From Octopus sinensis (taxonomy: Eukaryota): a stretch of 64,000 bases of DNA. The DNA is taken from assembly GCF_006345805.1 (NCBI RefSeq), contig NC_043026.1, positions 4,030,001 through 4,094,000 on the forward strand. The letters are read 5' to 3'. The first letter of the stretch is position 1. Each line of letters opens with the position of its first letter. Shown here in pieces: positions 25,630-36,149 of the stretch. The notes under the pieces were generated by a model. The model was not told where the DNA came from and made no database searches. It saw only the letters and a list, made by a program, of their open reading frames with translations. The position numbers were made by a program, and so were the translations under genes.

Positions 25630-26189
25630 CTAGCACTATGACCCAGCGTTGCCAGGTCATAGTGCTAGTGCATGCATATACAGCTGCGTGCGTGCGCACA
25701 TACACGCAAGATTCTGTCTAAATCTCCGACTAATCACATACAGCTAGCTGGCATTCAATTGGCGTATCAAGTTTCGGGCATTTTGATTGGGTTTTGGATA
25801 GAAAATTCACAAAAAAATCACTTCTACTGATTTTTTAACCCTTTAGCATTTAAACCAGCCATATCCGGCCAAAAGTATTTTGCCTGTTTTATGTTCAAAC
25901 TGGCCAGATCTGGTCTCTCACACCATCCCTACAATATCGTTTTAAAAATTAACAGCTACCTCATCAAAATCTCATAGCTACAAGATAATGCACGATTAGT
26001 TCAAAACAATGTGGATGAAGAAGCATTAATTTTGGCAGAATAATGCAAACACTAAAGGGTTAATGGCTTTGCGGGGTGACTGGGGACGGTTTTGAATGAC
26101 CATAGAAAGTGCAAGCCCTCTAACTGAAAAATTGTGGATTTGTATATAGGACACACACACCGACATTTTGCCGTTTATATATAGAGAGA
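25630..26189 (-). mobile_element. Non-autonomous Helitron interrupted by a TTAA MITE
   Basis: CTAG end at 25630 with hairpin; ...gccgtttatatatagagaga|t start as in 26691-27063. Confidence 0.65.
25839..26059 (+). mobile_element. piggyBac-like MITE family G
   Basis: TTAA|CCCTTTAGCATT...ACACTAAAGGG|TTAA. Confidence 0.85.
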
Positions 26190-26286
26190 TTCTCTCAAAA
26201 GTTTGTAAAATTTTTCTAAGTCAAAAAAAAATTTTTTCTTGGATTTTTTTTTTTTTTGTTTTAATCCTCCAATTGTCTTTTTGCAG

Positions 26287-26484
26287 CTTGGAATGTCACC
26301 ATTACATTTTGCTGCCAGAAACGGTCACTTTCAAACAGCTGATGTCCTGTTGAGGGCAGGAATTAGTAGGGATGCTCGAACGAAAGTTGACAGAACGCCA
26401 CTACATGTCGCATCCCAAGAGGGCCACGTAACCATTGTGAATCTATTACTGGCCAATTCTGCAGACATCGAGGCGAAGGATATG
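26287..26484 (+). CDS. GABPB1: GABPB coding exon 2, ankyrin repeats ([14 protein letters not shown]...[13 protein letters not shown]...AKDM)
   Basis: ttgcag acceptor, gtaagt donor, 198 nt; [18 protein letters not shown] matches GABPB. Confidence 0.97.
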
Positions 26485-26690
26485 GTAAGTACTACTGCTG
26501 TTTTTTTTATTCACCAGATTCAAAATGACAAAACTATTTTAGTAAATTCTTTCTCATTCTTAAAAATTAATTGAATCCAAGATTTTATATTTTAATGAAA
26601 GTATGGTAACGAAAGTATTAGATTGGGGTTTCAATTTTTAAAAAACTCGTTTTGTAGATACTTTTTCCGAAATTCCTATTTTGTTTTTAA

Positions 26691-27063
26691 CTAGCAGTAT
26701 CGCCCGGCGTTGCTCGGGTTTGTAAGGGAAATAACTATAAAGCATTTTTAGAGAGTTATAGCCAAAAAATAGCAAAAAAATGGGGGAAAAATTATGGTAA
26801 ATTTTTTTTGAGAGTTAAAAAAGGTCGAGTTGCGTCCCCTAGACAGTCTGTGGTTTGTGTTTCTGATTCTCGACCCCATGTCGAATTTATCGATTTTTTT
26901 CAGAACTGGGGGAACTTTTCAGAATTTTCTCTGTGTTAGTTTTGAATTATGACATTGGGCTATGTGTGTGTTAAGTTTCATCAGAATCGGTTGAAAGCCG
27001 TGGTCAGGGTGAGGGTACAACCTGACAGACACACAGACAAACTGCCGTTTATATAGAGAGAGA
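26691..27063 (-). mobile_element. Non-autonomous Helitron
   Basis: Minus strand A|TC start at 27063, hairpin cccgagcaacgccggg, CTAG|T end; same 3' end as 8249-8638. Confidence 0.75.
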
Positions 27064-27284
27064 TTTAGTAGGTTGAACTATATAAAATGTCAGAGAAGGA
27101 AACCTAGCTGTTTCTTGCAATAAATCTCAATACATATATCTAAAGCAGGTGTTCTCAGCCCTTTGTTTTATCTATGGACCCCTTTCATTACTATTTAATT
27201 CTGGTGGACCCCATAACCATTCAATGTTTAAAACCTAGTTTTATAGAAACATCTTTCAAAATACCCTGTTTTGATTTTCACCGT

Positions 27285-28140
27285 ACCAGTAGCACATAAA
27301 AAGCACCCTCCGAACGTGGCTGATGCCAACGCCGCCTTGACTGGCTTCCGTGCCCGTGGCACATAAAAAGCATCAACCAATCGTGGCCGTTGCCAGCCTC
27401 CTCTGGCCCCTGTGCTGGCGGCACGTAAAATGCACCCACTACACTCATGGAGTGGTTGGTGTTAGGAAGGGCATCCAGCTGTAGAAACACTGCCAGATAA
27501 GACTGGGGCCTGATGCAGCCTTCTGGTTTCCCAAACCCCGGTCGAACCATCCAACCCATGCTAGCATGGAAAATGGACGTTAAACGATGATGAAGATGTT
27601 AGGAAGGGCATCCAGCTGTAGAAACACTGCCAGATAAGACTGGGGCCTGATGCAGCCTTCTGGTTTCCCAAACCCCGGTCAAACCGTCCAACCCATGCTA
27701 GCATGGAAAATGGACGTTAAACGATGATGAAGATGTTAGGAAGGGCATCCAGCTGTAGAAACACTGCCAGATCAGACTGGGTCCTGATGCAGCCTTCTGG
27801 TTTCCCAAACCCCGGACAAACCGTCCAACCCATGCTAGCATGGAAAATGGACGTTAAACGATGATGAAGGCGTTAGGAAGGGCATCCAGCTGTAGAAATA
27901 CTGCCAGATAAGACTGGGGCCTGATGCAGCCTTCTGGTTTCCCAAACCCCGGTCGAACCATCCAACCCATGCTAGCATGGAAAATGGACGTTAAACGATG
28001 ATGGTGTTAGGAAGGGCATCCAGCTGTAGAAACACTGCCAGATCAGACTGGGGCCTGATGCAGCCTTCTGGTTTCCCAAACCCCGGTCGAACCATCCAAC
28101 CCGTGCTAGCATGGAAAACGGACGTTAAACGATGACGATG
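27285..28140 (+). repeat. RTE 3' UTR (family D) with terminal ~137 bp repeated 5 times
   Basis: gttaggaagggcatcc at 27461, 27598, 27735, 27872 and 28006. Confidence 0.9.
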
Positions 28141-28413
28141 ACATTAACTTGTGTAGGTCGATCTTTGTAAAATGTTAGGAGAAAGAAACCTAACTGTTTC
28201 TTGCAATACATACATCTAAAGCAAAATTTTTTCGGGGGCCCTTAAAATACTATTATGGACCTCCAAAATATCTTATATGAACCCTGGTTGAAAATCGCTG
28301 GTTAAATGGTGAAATGTCAATATAATACTGCAATAACATGTTTGTAATGGTTTCATTTGGTTCTCTTCTCTCTTTTTTCCTTTTTGCGTTTCTGCTGTTA
28401 CCCCACTGTCCAG

Positions 28414-28512
28414 TTAAAAATGACCCCACTTCATTGGGCCACGGAGAAGGGTCACTCGACCATTGTTGAACTATTAATAAAGAACGGTGCTGACGTCAAT
28501 GTAGATGACAAG
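28414..28512 (+). CDS. GABPB1: GABPB coding exon 3 ([33 protein letters not shown])
   Basis: cag acceptor, gtaaga donor, 99 nt = one ankyrin repeat. Confidence 0.97.
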
Positions 28513-28547
28513 GTAAGAATTTCAGGGATCAGTTTTTCTTTTCTAAT

Positions 28548-28719
28548 ACTCTTTTACTTGTTTCAGTCATCTGACTGTGGCAAATCAACCCCGGGACTTA
28601 TTCTTTGTAAGCCCAGTACTTATTCTATTGGTCTCTTTTGCCGAACCGCTAGGTGACGGGGACGTAAACACACCAGCATCGGTTGTCAAGCAATGCTAGG
28701 GGGACAAACACACACATAC

Positions 28720-28770
<51 letters not shown>

Positions 28771-28935
28771 TACGACAGGCTTCTTTCAGTCTCCGTCTAC
28801 CAAATCCACTCACAAGGCATTGGTCGGCCCGGGGCTATAGTAGAAGACACTTGCCCAAGATGCCACGCAGTGGGACTGAACCTGGAACCATGTGGTTGGT
28901 TAGCAAGCTACTTACCACACAGCCACTCCTGCGCC
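28548..28935 (-). mobile_element. SINE family A
   Basis: Reverse complement of the family consensus, with a small deletion. Confidence 0.85.
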
Positions 28936-29498
28936 TATCTTTTTTTTTTTTTTTCCATTTCTTACTCTGACCTACTTAGGTTAGGGTGTTTCACTCACAA
29001 ACGTAAGGTCATGGTTTCAATTCCAAGACCAAGTAGTGTGTTGTGCACTTGAGCAAAAAACACTTCATTTCACTTTGTTCCAAGTTCACTGAGCTGAAAA
29101 GGGGTCCCAGCAGATATTTGGGAAGTTAATCCTTCGATGGACCTGCATGTATGTGTGGGTGCATATATATAAAGTGAGCCTGGCAGAATTGTTAGCACAC
29201 TGGCCAAAATGCTTGGCAGCATTTCATCTCTCTTGATGTTCTGAGTTCAAATTCCGCCGAGGTCATCTTTGCCTTTCATCATTTTGGGGTCGATAAAATA
29301 AGTACCAGTTGAGTACTGGGGTCAATGTAATCAACTTAACTCCCCCCCCCCCGATTTGCTAGCACTTAATGATCTCATTTACCTGGAAGTAATGGGGTTA
29401 AAATTCCCTTCCTAGGATTTGCCCTCTCGCTAAACTAAACCTATGTCTTTTTCCCCATCTAATTTTCTGTCTTTTTTTTTTTTTTTTTTTTTTTTTAG

Positions 29499-29573
29499 TT
29501 TGAACGTACCACATTAGACATTGCACATGGCAATGCACGTCAGGATATTCTACAGTTGTTACACATGGGGCAG
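29499..29573 (+). CDS. GABPB1: GABPB coding exon 4 (FERTTLDIAHGNARQDILQLLHMGQ)
   Basis: Poly-T tract plus ag, gtaaga donor, 75 nt; aligns to human [22 protein letters not shown]. Confidence 0.92.
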
Positions 29574-29812
29574 GTAAGATTCAGCAATCCGCAGACATTT
29601 TCTTTGTTATTGTGCTTGGTTATGTTTGAATGTACAAAGGTGCGTTCCTGAAGTTTCCAAACTTTTCCAGAAGACTCATTTATCAATTTGTAGAAATCAT
29701 AGTAAAAAGTTACAAGGGTGCTTGAACCGGAATTCCGCAAAATTATTGCATTCATTGCAATACAGTTCTATATTTAAGAGATGAGGAATTATGTACATTA
29801 TTTACATTTACA

Positions 29813-30075
29813 GTTGCTGAAGCATGGAACAAACTGCCGGCATCAGTTGTTAGTTGTGTCGGAGCACTGCATCCTTCAAGGCTTCCATGCTTCCTGAGAT
29901 TCGCCAACACTACACCTGATCTTTCTCCCCTCCATGCACACACGGGCATGTGTCTGACTTGTGCATTGTTCGCTTTCCGGACATTTCTACATTGCTGCAT
30001 GTACTTTGTGTGCACTTTCTGACGGGTTGTGGTGCACCTGAGCACTGTGTGCAATAATTTCATTATATTATATTA
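29813..30075 (+). mobile_element. CR1-like LINE 3' end
   Basis: Encodes VAEAWNKLPASVVSC.STASFK.SMLPEIRQHYT*, then 3' UTR and AT-rich tail. Confidence 0.75.
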
Positions 30076-30077
30076 TA

Positions 30078-30705
30078 TTTGTCCTCATCTTGTTTGTTAT
30101 TAACACAACGTTTCGGCTGATATACCCTCCAGCCTTCATCAGGTGTCTTGGGGAAATTTCGAACCTGGGTTCTCATTCCTAAGGTACTTTTCGATGTTGT
30201 TGTTGTTGTTGTTGTTGTTATTATTATTATTATTATTATTATTCACTTCTATATTTAAGAGATGAGGAATTATGTACATTTGACGGATATTTGTCCTCAT
30301 CTTGTTTGTTGTTAACACGTTTCAGCTGATATACCCTCCAGCCTTCATCAGGTGTCTTGGGGAAATTTCGAACCTGGGTTCTCTTTCCTAAGGTAATTTT
30401 CGATGTTGTTGTTGTTGTTATTATTATTATTATTCAGGTCACTATGCCATATGCCCACGAGCATATGGCGTAGTGGTTAAGAGTGCGGGCTACTAACCCC
30501 AAGATTCCAAGTTCATTTCCAGGCAGTGACCTGTATAATAATAAATAATAATAATAACAACAACAACATCGAAAAATACCTTAGGAATGAGAACCCAGGT
30601 TCGAAATTTCCCCAAGAAACCTGATGATGGCTGGAGGGTATATCAGCTGAAATGTTGTGTTAACAACAAACAAGATGAGGACAAATATCCGTCAAATGTA
30701 AATAA
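30078..30705. mobile_element. tRNA-headed SINE-like element with Penelope-type hammerhead tail: two - copies and one + copy
   Basis: + copy has A box tggcgtagtgg (30466), B-like gttcatttcc (30511), (ATA/ACA)n, then the body. The body is repeated in reverse at 30078-30230 and 30245-30443. Confidence 0.75.
30102..30147 (-). ncRNA. Minimal type I hammerhead ribozyme, canonical core
   Basis: gacac-CTGATGA-A-ggctg(gagggtatat)cagcc-GAAA-C-GTT-gtgtt. Confidence 0.7.
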
Positions 30706-30760
30706 TTCATTACAATAGTTATTATCACATCATTTCTGTTTGTTTTTCCTCTTCACACAG

Positions 30761-31001
30761 AACAATCCAGACTTGACTGGATTGACGGAGGGCGAGACTG
30801 TCACCATAGAAACAACAGACACGGAGGCACTGGCATCTGCTGGTATCGTCAGTCACGTAATCGAAGAGATCCCTTCATCGGTTGTTGGAACTCCCATAAT
30901 GGAAGCTCCGTCAACGCCAGTACCTAGTTCCGAAACCAAAGACGCAACTAATCTAGTTCCTGTCACACTAGTGCCAACTGAGACAGCTTCATCGAAGAAT
31001 G
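30761..31001 (+). CDS. GABPB1: GABPB coding exon 5, T/E/P-rich linker (NNPDLTG...ETASSKN)
   Basis: cacag acceptor, gtatgt donor, 241 nt, phase 0 to 1, open frame. Confidence 0.88.
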
Positions 31002-31075
31002 GTATGTTGTTTATCTTTCGCTTCTTGTTTCATTCATGAGACGGCTGCCATGCTGGGGCACCGCCCTCAACGGGT

Positions 31076-32269
31076 TTAACCCTTTCGTTACTATATTTCT
31101 GTTGAGATGCTCTGTGTTTCTTTCAAATTACTTTAAATATAACAGAGAATTTAGAAAATAACTCCATTGCTAGATGTCTGTTGCTGTTGTTGGTGGTGGT
31201 GACCACAATTGCACTGGTGATTTAGCCATTTTGATGACAACTCATCTGAGACCATCCCCGCTCCCTTTAATTCTACAAGCCACAAAATCCTCCCGTTCAT
31301 CAAATCCCAAGGAGCCTAAGCCCTTCCTTGGATCTATGATACAAACTTTGTGTAATAAGGGAATTTTATTTAAACCCTTCCGTAAAAAATTTCAAGTCAT
31401 TTCAAACACTAGCTTAACCCTTTTGTTACCATATTTCTGTTGAGATACTCTGTGTTTCTTTCAATTAATTTTAAATATAACAAAGAATTTAGTAAAATAA
31501 CTTAATTATCATTCAGCTGGTGTTAGGAACATAAATCGTGACTAAGGTTTGGTGGAAGATTTTAATTCAAAACTTATGAAAACAAGACATTTGTACTACA
31601 GAGACAGAAGTGGTTTCAACCAGGTTGGTACCAAAAAGGGTTGAAAATTGTTTCTCTATTGTGTATTTCAACACTTTTTTTACCATACTTCTGTTGAGAT
31701 GCTCTGTGTTTCTTTCAATTAATTTTAAATATAACAAAGAATTTAGTAAAATAACTTAGTTATCATTAAACAAGTGTTAGGAACATAAATTGTGACTAAG
31801 GTTTGGTGGAAGATTTTAATTCAAAACTTATAAAAACAAGACAATTGTATTTAGAACCAGAGCTGGTTTCAGCCGGATTGGTAATGAAAGGGTTTAAAAC
31901 ACCTCTACATGTGGGCAGATGGACATTAGAAACATTTGGAAGGGTGAGGGTTGAAGGAAATTTAGGCTGTTATTTCTAGCATATAGAGTGACCACATTGA
32001 GGTCTCCTTCTCTCATGTCTTCTGCTGATTATTTTTCTTCTTAACCCTTCCATGACTGTATTTCTGTTGAGATGCTCTGTGTTTCTTTCAATTAATTATA
32101 AATATAACAAAGAATTTAGTAAAATAACTTAGTTATCATTCAGCTAGTGTTAGGAATATAAATTGTGACTAAGGTTTGGTGGAAGATTTTAATTCAAAAC
32201 TTATTTAAACAAGACAATTGTATTTAGAACCAGAGCTGGTTTCAGCCGGGTTGGTAACAAAAGGGTTAA
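31076..32269 (+). mobile_element. Composite of TTAA MITE family F copies with two cargo blocks
   Basis: MITEs at ~31420-31645, 31670-31895 and 32045-32265; cargo blocks shared with 54.0-55.0 kb and 20.7 kb. Confidence 0.8.
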
Positions 32270-32954
32270 ATCAAGCAAATCAGCCCCTATACTTTTTTTA
32301 ATTTCAACTTTGGTATTTATTCTATCAATCTCTTTCACTGGGGATGTTAACAAACCAGCACCGGTTGTTGAGCATTTGAGGGACAAACGCAAAGACATAC
32401 ATCTTCATCCTTAAAAGTTTCACTCTTAGTTACACTGTTCATGGTTCTCAACTTTGACATAGTGTGTGTGTGTAAGGTCAGGTGGGGTGTGAAGTTAAGG
32501 TATTTCCAGGGAAGTACTTGACTTGAATACTGGGCTATCAACACTGTCAGGTTTCTAGCCGAAGCCTAAGGGGTGTTAAAGAATTTTCTCTGTTCTTCTT
32601 GTCATTGGTATATCATCGTCATCATCATCATCGTTTACCATCCGCTTTCCATGGGTTGGACGGTTTGACTGATGGCTGCATCAGGCTCCAATCTTGATCT
32701 GGCAGAGTTTCTAGATCAAGACTGGAGCCTGGTGCAGCCATCTGGTTCGCCAGCCCTCAGTCAAACCGTCCAACTCATGCTAGCATGGAAAGCAGACGTT
32801 AAACGACGAAGATGGTGATGATGATGATTATATATATATATATATATATATATGCCGCTTAATAATCTCAATGGGGCAATGAATGCAAGTGGAAACTAGA
32901 GGAACATAATTAATAACTACACTCAAAATCAAATATATAGATATATTCTTATAT

Positions 32955-33680
32955 AATAATGAAATTATTGTATCCAGTGCTCAGGTGCACCACAACTTGT
33001 CAGAAAGTGCGTATAAACCATATGCAGTAATGTAGAAATGTCTGGAAAGCGAACAATGTATGAGTCAGATACATGCTTGTTTGTGTGTATGGAGGGGAGA
33101 AGATCAGGTGCAGTGTTGGCGAATCTCAGGAAGCATGGAAGTTTTGAAGGATGCAGTGCTCCGACAACTAACAACTGATGCCGGCAGTCTGTTCCATGCT
33201 TCAGCAACTCTCAGCGTGAAAAAATGTTTACGAACGTCATGGGAGCTGTGCTGTTTTCTTACTTTGTAAACATGTCCACAGGTGTTAGACAGGTGGAGTT
33301 TGAAAAGGTGCTCAGAGTTATTGTTGGTAAGATGGTTAATAATTTTATGGGTGTCTGCATATGCAGTAATGTAGAGATTTCTGGGAAGTGAACAGTGTAT
33401 GAGTCAGATATATGCTTGCGTGTGTACGGAGGGGAGAAAATCAGGTGTAGTGTTGGCGAATCTCAGGAAGCATGGAAGTTTTGAAGGATGCAGTGCTCCG
33501 ACAACTAACAACTGATACCGGCAGTTTGTTCCATGCTTCAGCAACTCTCAGCGTGAAAAAATGTTTCCTGAAGTCATGGGAGCTGTGCTGTTTTCTGACT
33601 TTGTAAACATGTCCACGGGTGTTAGACGGGTGGAGTTCGAAAAGGTGCTCAGAGTTATTGTTGGTAAGACGGTTAATTTT
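32955..33680 (-). mobile_element. CR1-like LINE 3' fragment with ~360-bp tandem duplication
   Basis: Minus strand encodes CGHVYKVRKQHSSHDVRKHFFTLRVAEAWNRLPASVVSCRSTASFKTSMLPEIRQH twice. Confidence 0.8.
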
Positions 33681-33933
33681 AATAATTTTAAAAATCTGAT
33701 TGATTTACTAGCCTGCTTTCAGTCTGTGCTAACAGAGTAAAATAATGTGGTTTATTGAGATATTAGCATCTATTTCCAGTACGTTAGTGTGCCTATCCAC
33801 ATCCTTTTGCTATCATTATATCTATATAATTATATATCAGTATACACACACCCACACACACAGATTCATACATATTTGTATATATATATCCCTTTGTCTC
33901 TCCTTGTATGTATCCATCACCAATTCCTGATAG

Positions 33934-34014
33934 AAAACTCAGAACAAAGCAGTACCTCCGTTCTTGCCACTCTTGCAGTACTTGCAGAAGCCACAGCGCC
34001 TTTCAATGCTCAAA
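33934..34014 (+). CDS. GABPB1: GABPB coding exon 6 (ENSEQSSTSVLATLAVLAEATAPFNAQ)
   Basis: tag acceptor, gtgagt donor, 81 nt, phase 1/1; VLATLA.LAEA motif is conserved in GABPB. Confidence 0.93.
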
Positions 34015-34039
34015 GTGAGTATTCCTTCTTTTTTATATA

Positions 34040-34415
34040 TACTCTTTTACTTGTTTCAGTCATTTGACTGCGGCCATGCTGGAGCACCGCCTTTAGTCGA
34101 GCAAATCGACCCCAGGACTTATTCTTTGTAAGCCCAGTACTTATTCTATCGGTCTCTTTTTGCCGAACCGCTAAGTGACGGGGACGTAAACACATCAGCA
34201 TCGGTTGTCAAGCAATGCTAGGTGGACAAACACAGACACACACACACACATACATATATATATATACGACAGGCTTCTTTCAGTTTCCATCTACCAAATC
34301 CACTCACAAGGCATTGGTCGGCCCGAGGCTATAGCAGAAGACACTTGCCCAAGATGCCACGCAGTGGGACTGAACTGGGAACCATGTGGTTGGTTAGCAA
34401 GCTACTTACCACACA
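34040..34415 (-). mobile_element. SINE family A
   Basis: Full reverse-complement copy. Confidence 0.9.
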
Positions 34416-34529
34416 GACTTTTTATCTTTTTATGCCATTCAGTAAATAAATACATAACCCGTGGCCTTCTACATGGGGTGTAGCCAGTCCACTTATGCAT
34501 ACCTTTCCTTCTTGGGACACAAAACTCTA

Positions 34530-35310
34530 CTTGTGAAGACCCGTTGAGGCAAGTGAAAATCGAAATCGATCAACATCCATGGAAATTGTAGCTGTGATAC
34601 CAGTGCTGGTGGCACGTAAGAGAACCATCCAAACGTGGCCGTTGCCAGTGCCGCCACGACTGGCCTCCGTGCCGGTGGCACGTCAAAAGCACCATCCAAT
34701 TGTGGCTGTTGCCAGCCTAGTCTGGCCTCTGTGCCGGTGGCAGGTAAAAAGCACCATCCGATCGTAGCCGTTTGCCAGCCTCGCCTGGCACGTCAAAAGC
34801 ACCATCCGATTGTGGCTGTTGCCAGCCTAGTCTAGCCTCTGTGCCGGTGGCACATAAAAAGCACCATCCGATCGTGGCCGTTTGCCAGCCTCGTCTGGCA
34901 GCTGTGTCGGTGGCACGTAAAAAGCACCCACTACACTCACGGAGTGGTTGGCGTTAGGAAGGGCATCCAGCTGTAGAAATACTTCCAGATCAGACTGGGC
35001 CTGGTGCAGCCTCCTGGCTTCCCAGACCCCAGTTGAACTGTCCAACCCGTACTAGCATGGAAAGCGGACGTTAACCCTTTAGTGTTCAGATTATTCAATC
35101 AAACATAATGGCTATTGATTCCCATTGATTTGAATTAATCATGCATTATCTCATATCTTCAAGATCTTGATGGTGTAATTACTTAATGTAGAATAACATT
35201 GTAGGGTAGGTGTGAGGGCCTGGATCTGGTCAGTTTGAACATAAAACAGATTAACTATTTTGGCCAGATATGGCCGGTTTAAATACTAAAGGGTTAAACG
35301 ATGATGATGA
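34530..35310 (+). mobile_element. RTE 3' UTR (family D) interrupted in its tail by a TTAA MITE
   Basis: ggacg|TTAA-MITE-TTAA|acgatgatgat. Confidence 0.85.
35075..35293 (-). mobile_element. piggyBac-like MITE family G
   Basis: TTAA at 35071-35074 and 35294-35297; CCCTTTAGT...CTAAAGGG termini. Confidence 0.9.
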
Positions 35311-35893
35311 TGATAACTAAACAAACACAGAAAATTGAAACATACTTGCACACGTAACAGGAAAACTATTTAAAAAGTAATTTTTATCGCCACTTGGCTG
35401 TTCCATAGGAGCTGACATTACTACTAAGAGAGTATTGTAGTTCGCTTGAAGCATTGTGTATTGCTTGTAAAGAATAAAATATTTTGGATGGTACAACAGT
35501 GCACTATAATACAAACAATGGGCTGTTTCTATCAGTCTCTTTTGCTGAAGCGCTAAGTTACAGGAATGTAAATACACCACTACCAGTTGTCAAAGGGTGA
35601 CAGCTGGACAAACACAGACACAAAGACACACACATATCAACATATACATATATATAATATACTATAGGCTTCTTTCAGTTTCCACCTACCAAATCAACTC
35701 ACAGGCTTTGGTCAACCCAGGGCTATAGAAGATACTTGACCAAGGTGCCACGCAGTGGGACTGAACCTGGAACCGTGTGGTTGGGAAGCAAGCTTCTTAC
35801 CACACAGCCATGCTTATATATATTTCAGCATACCCAGGTATACACCATTGCAAGTGACTGGTCCCTCATTTCATATATCTTTCTCTGTTCCAG

Positions 35894-36013
35894 ACCCTAG
35901 TACAGCAGAAGCTATGAGTTGGCTGGAGAGTCAAGGTATAACTATGATTTCTACAAATGATGCTGGTATCCTTACGTCAGCTGTTGAAAGTGGCCAGCCC
36001 ATAGCCCTCACAG
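35894..36013 (+). CDS. GABPB1: GABPB coding exon 7 (NPSTAEAMSWLESQGITMISTNDAGILTSAVESGQPIALT)
   Basis: ccag acceptor, gtaaat donor, 120 nt, phase 1/1; continues into EAGKMAL. Confidence 0.9.
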
Positions 36014-36149
36014 GTAAATTTTGATTTCTTTCTCTCTCTTGTTTGATTTGTTTATGTTTTATTGTCTGTCAGCCAAACACATCATACACATCCATCATAC
36101 TGGTATTTATTACATCCTGTCGAAATCAAAATCGGAATCGAAATTGAAC

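Noticed and set aside
30616-30661. Selection against the sense-strand hammerhead as a stand-alone claim
   Set aside because: Half of the changes are CpG transitions and one locus cannot show selection; kept only as a test in the finding.
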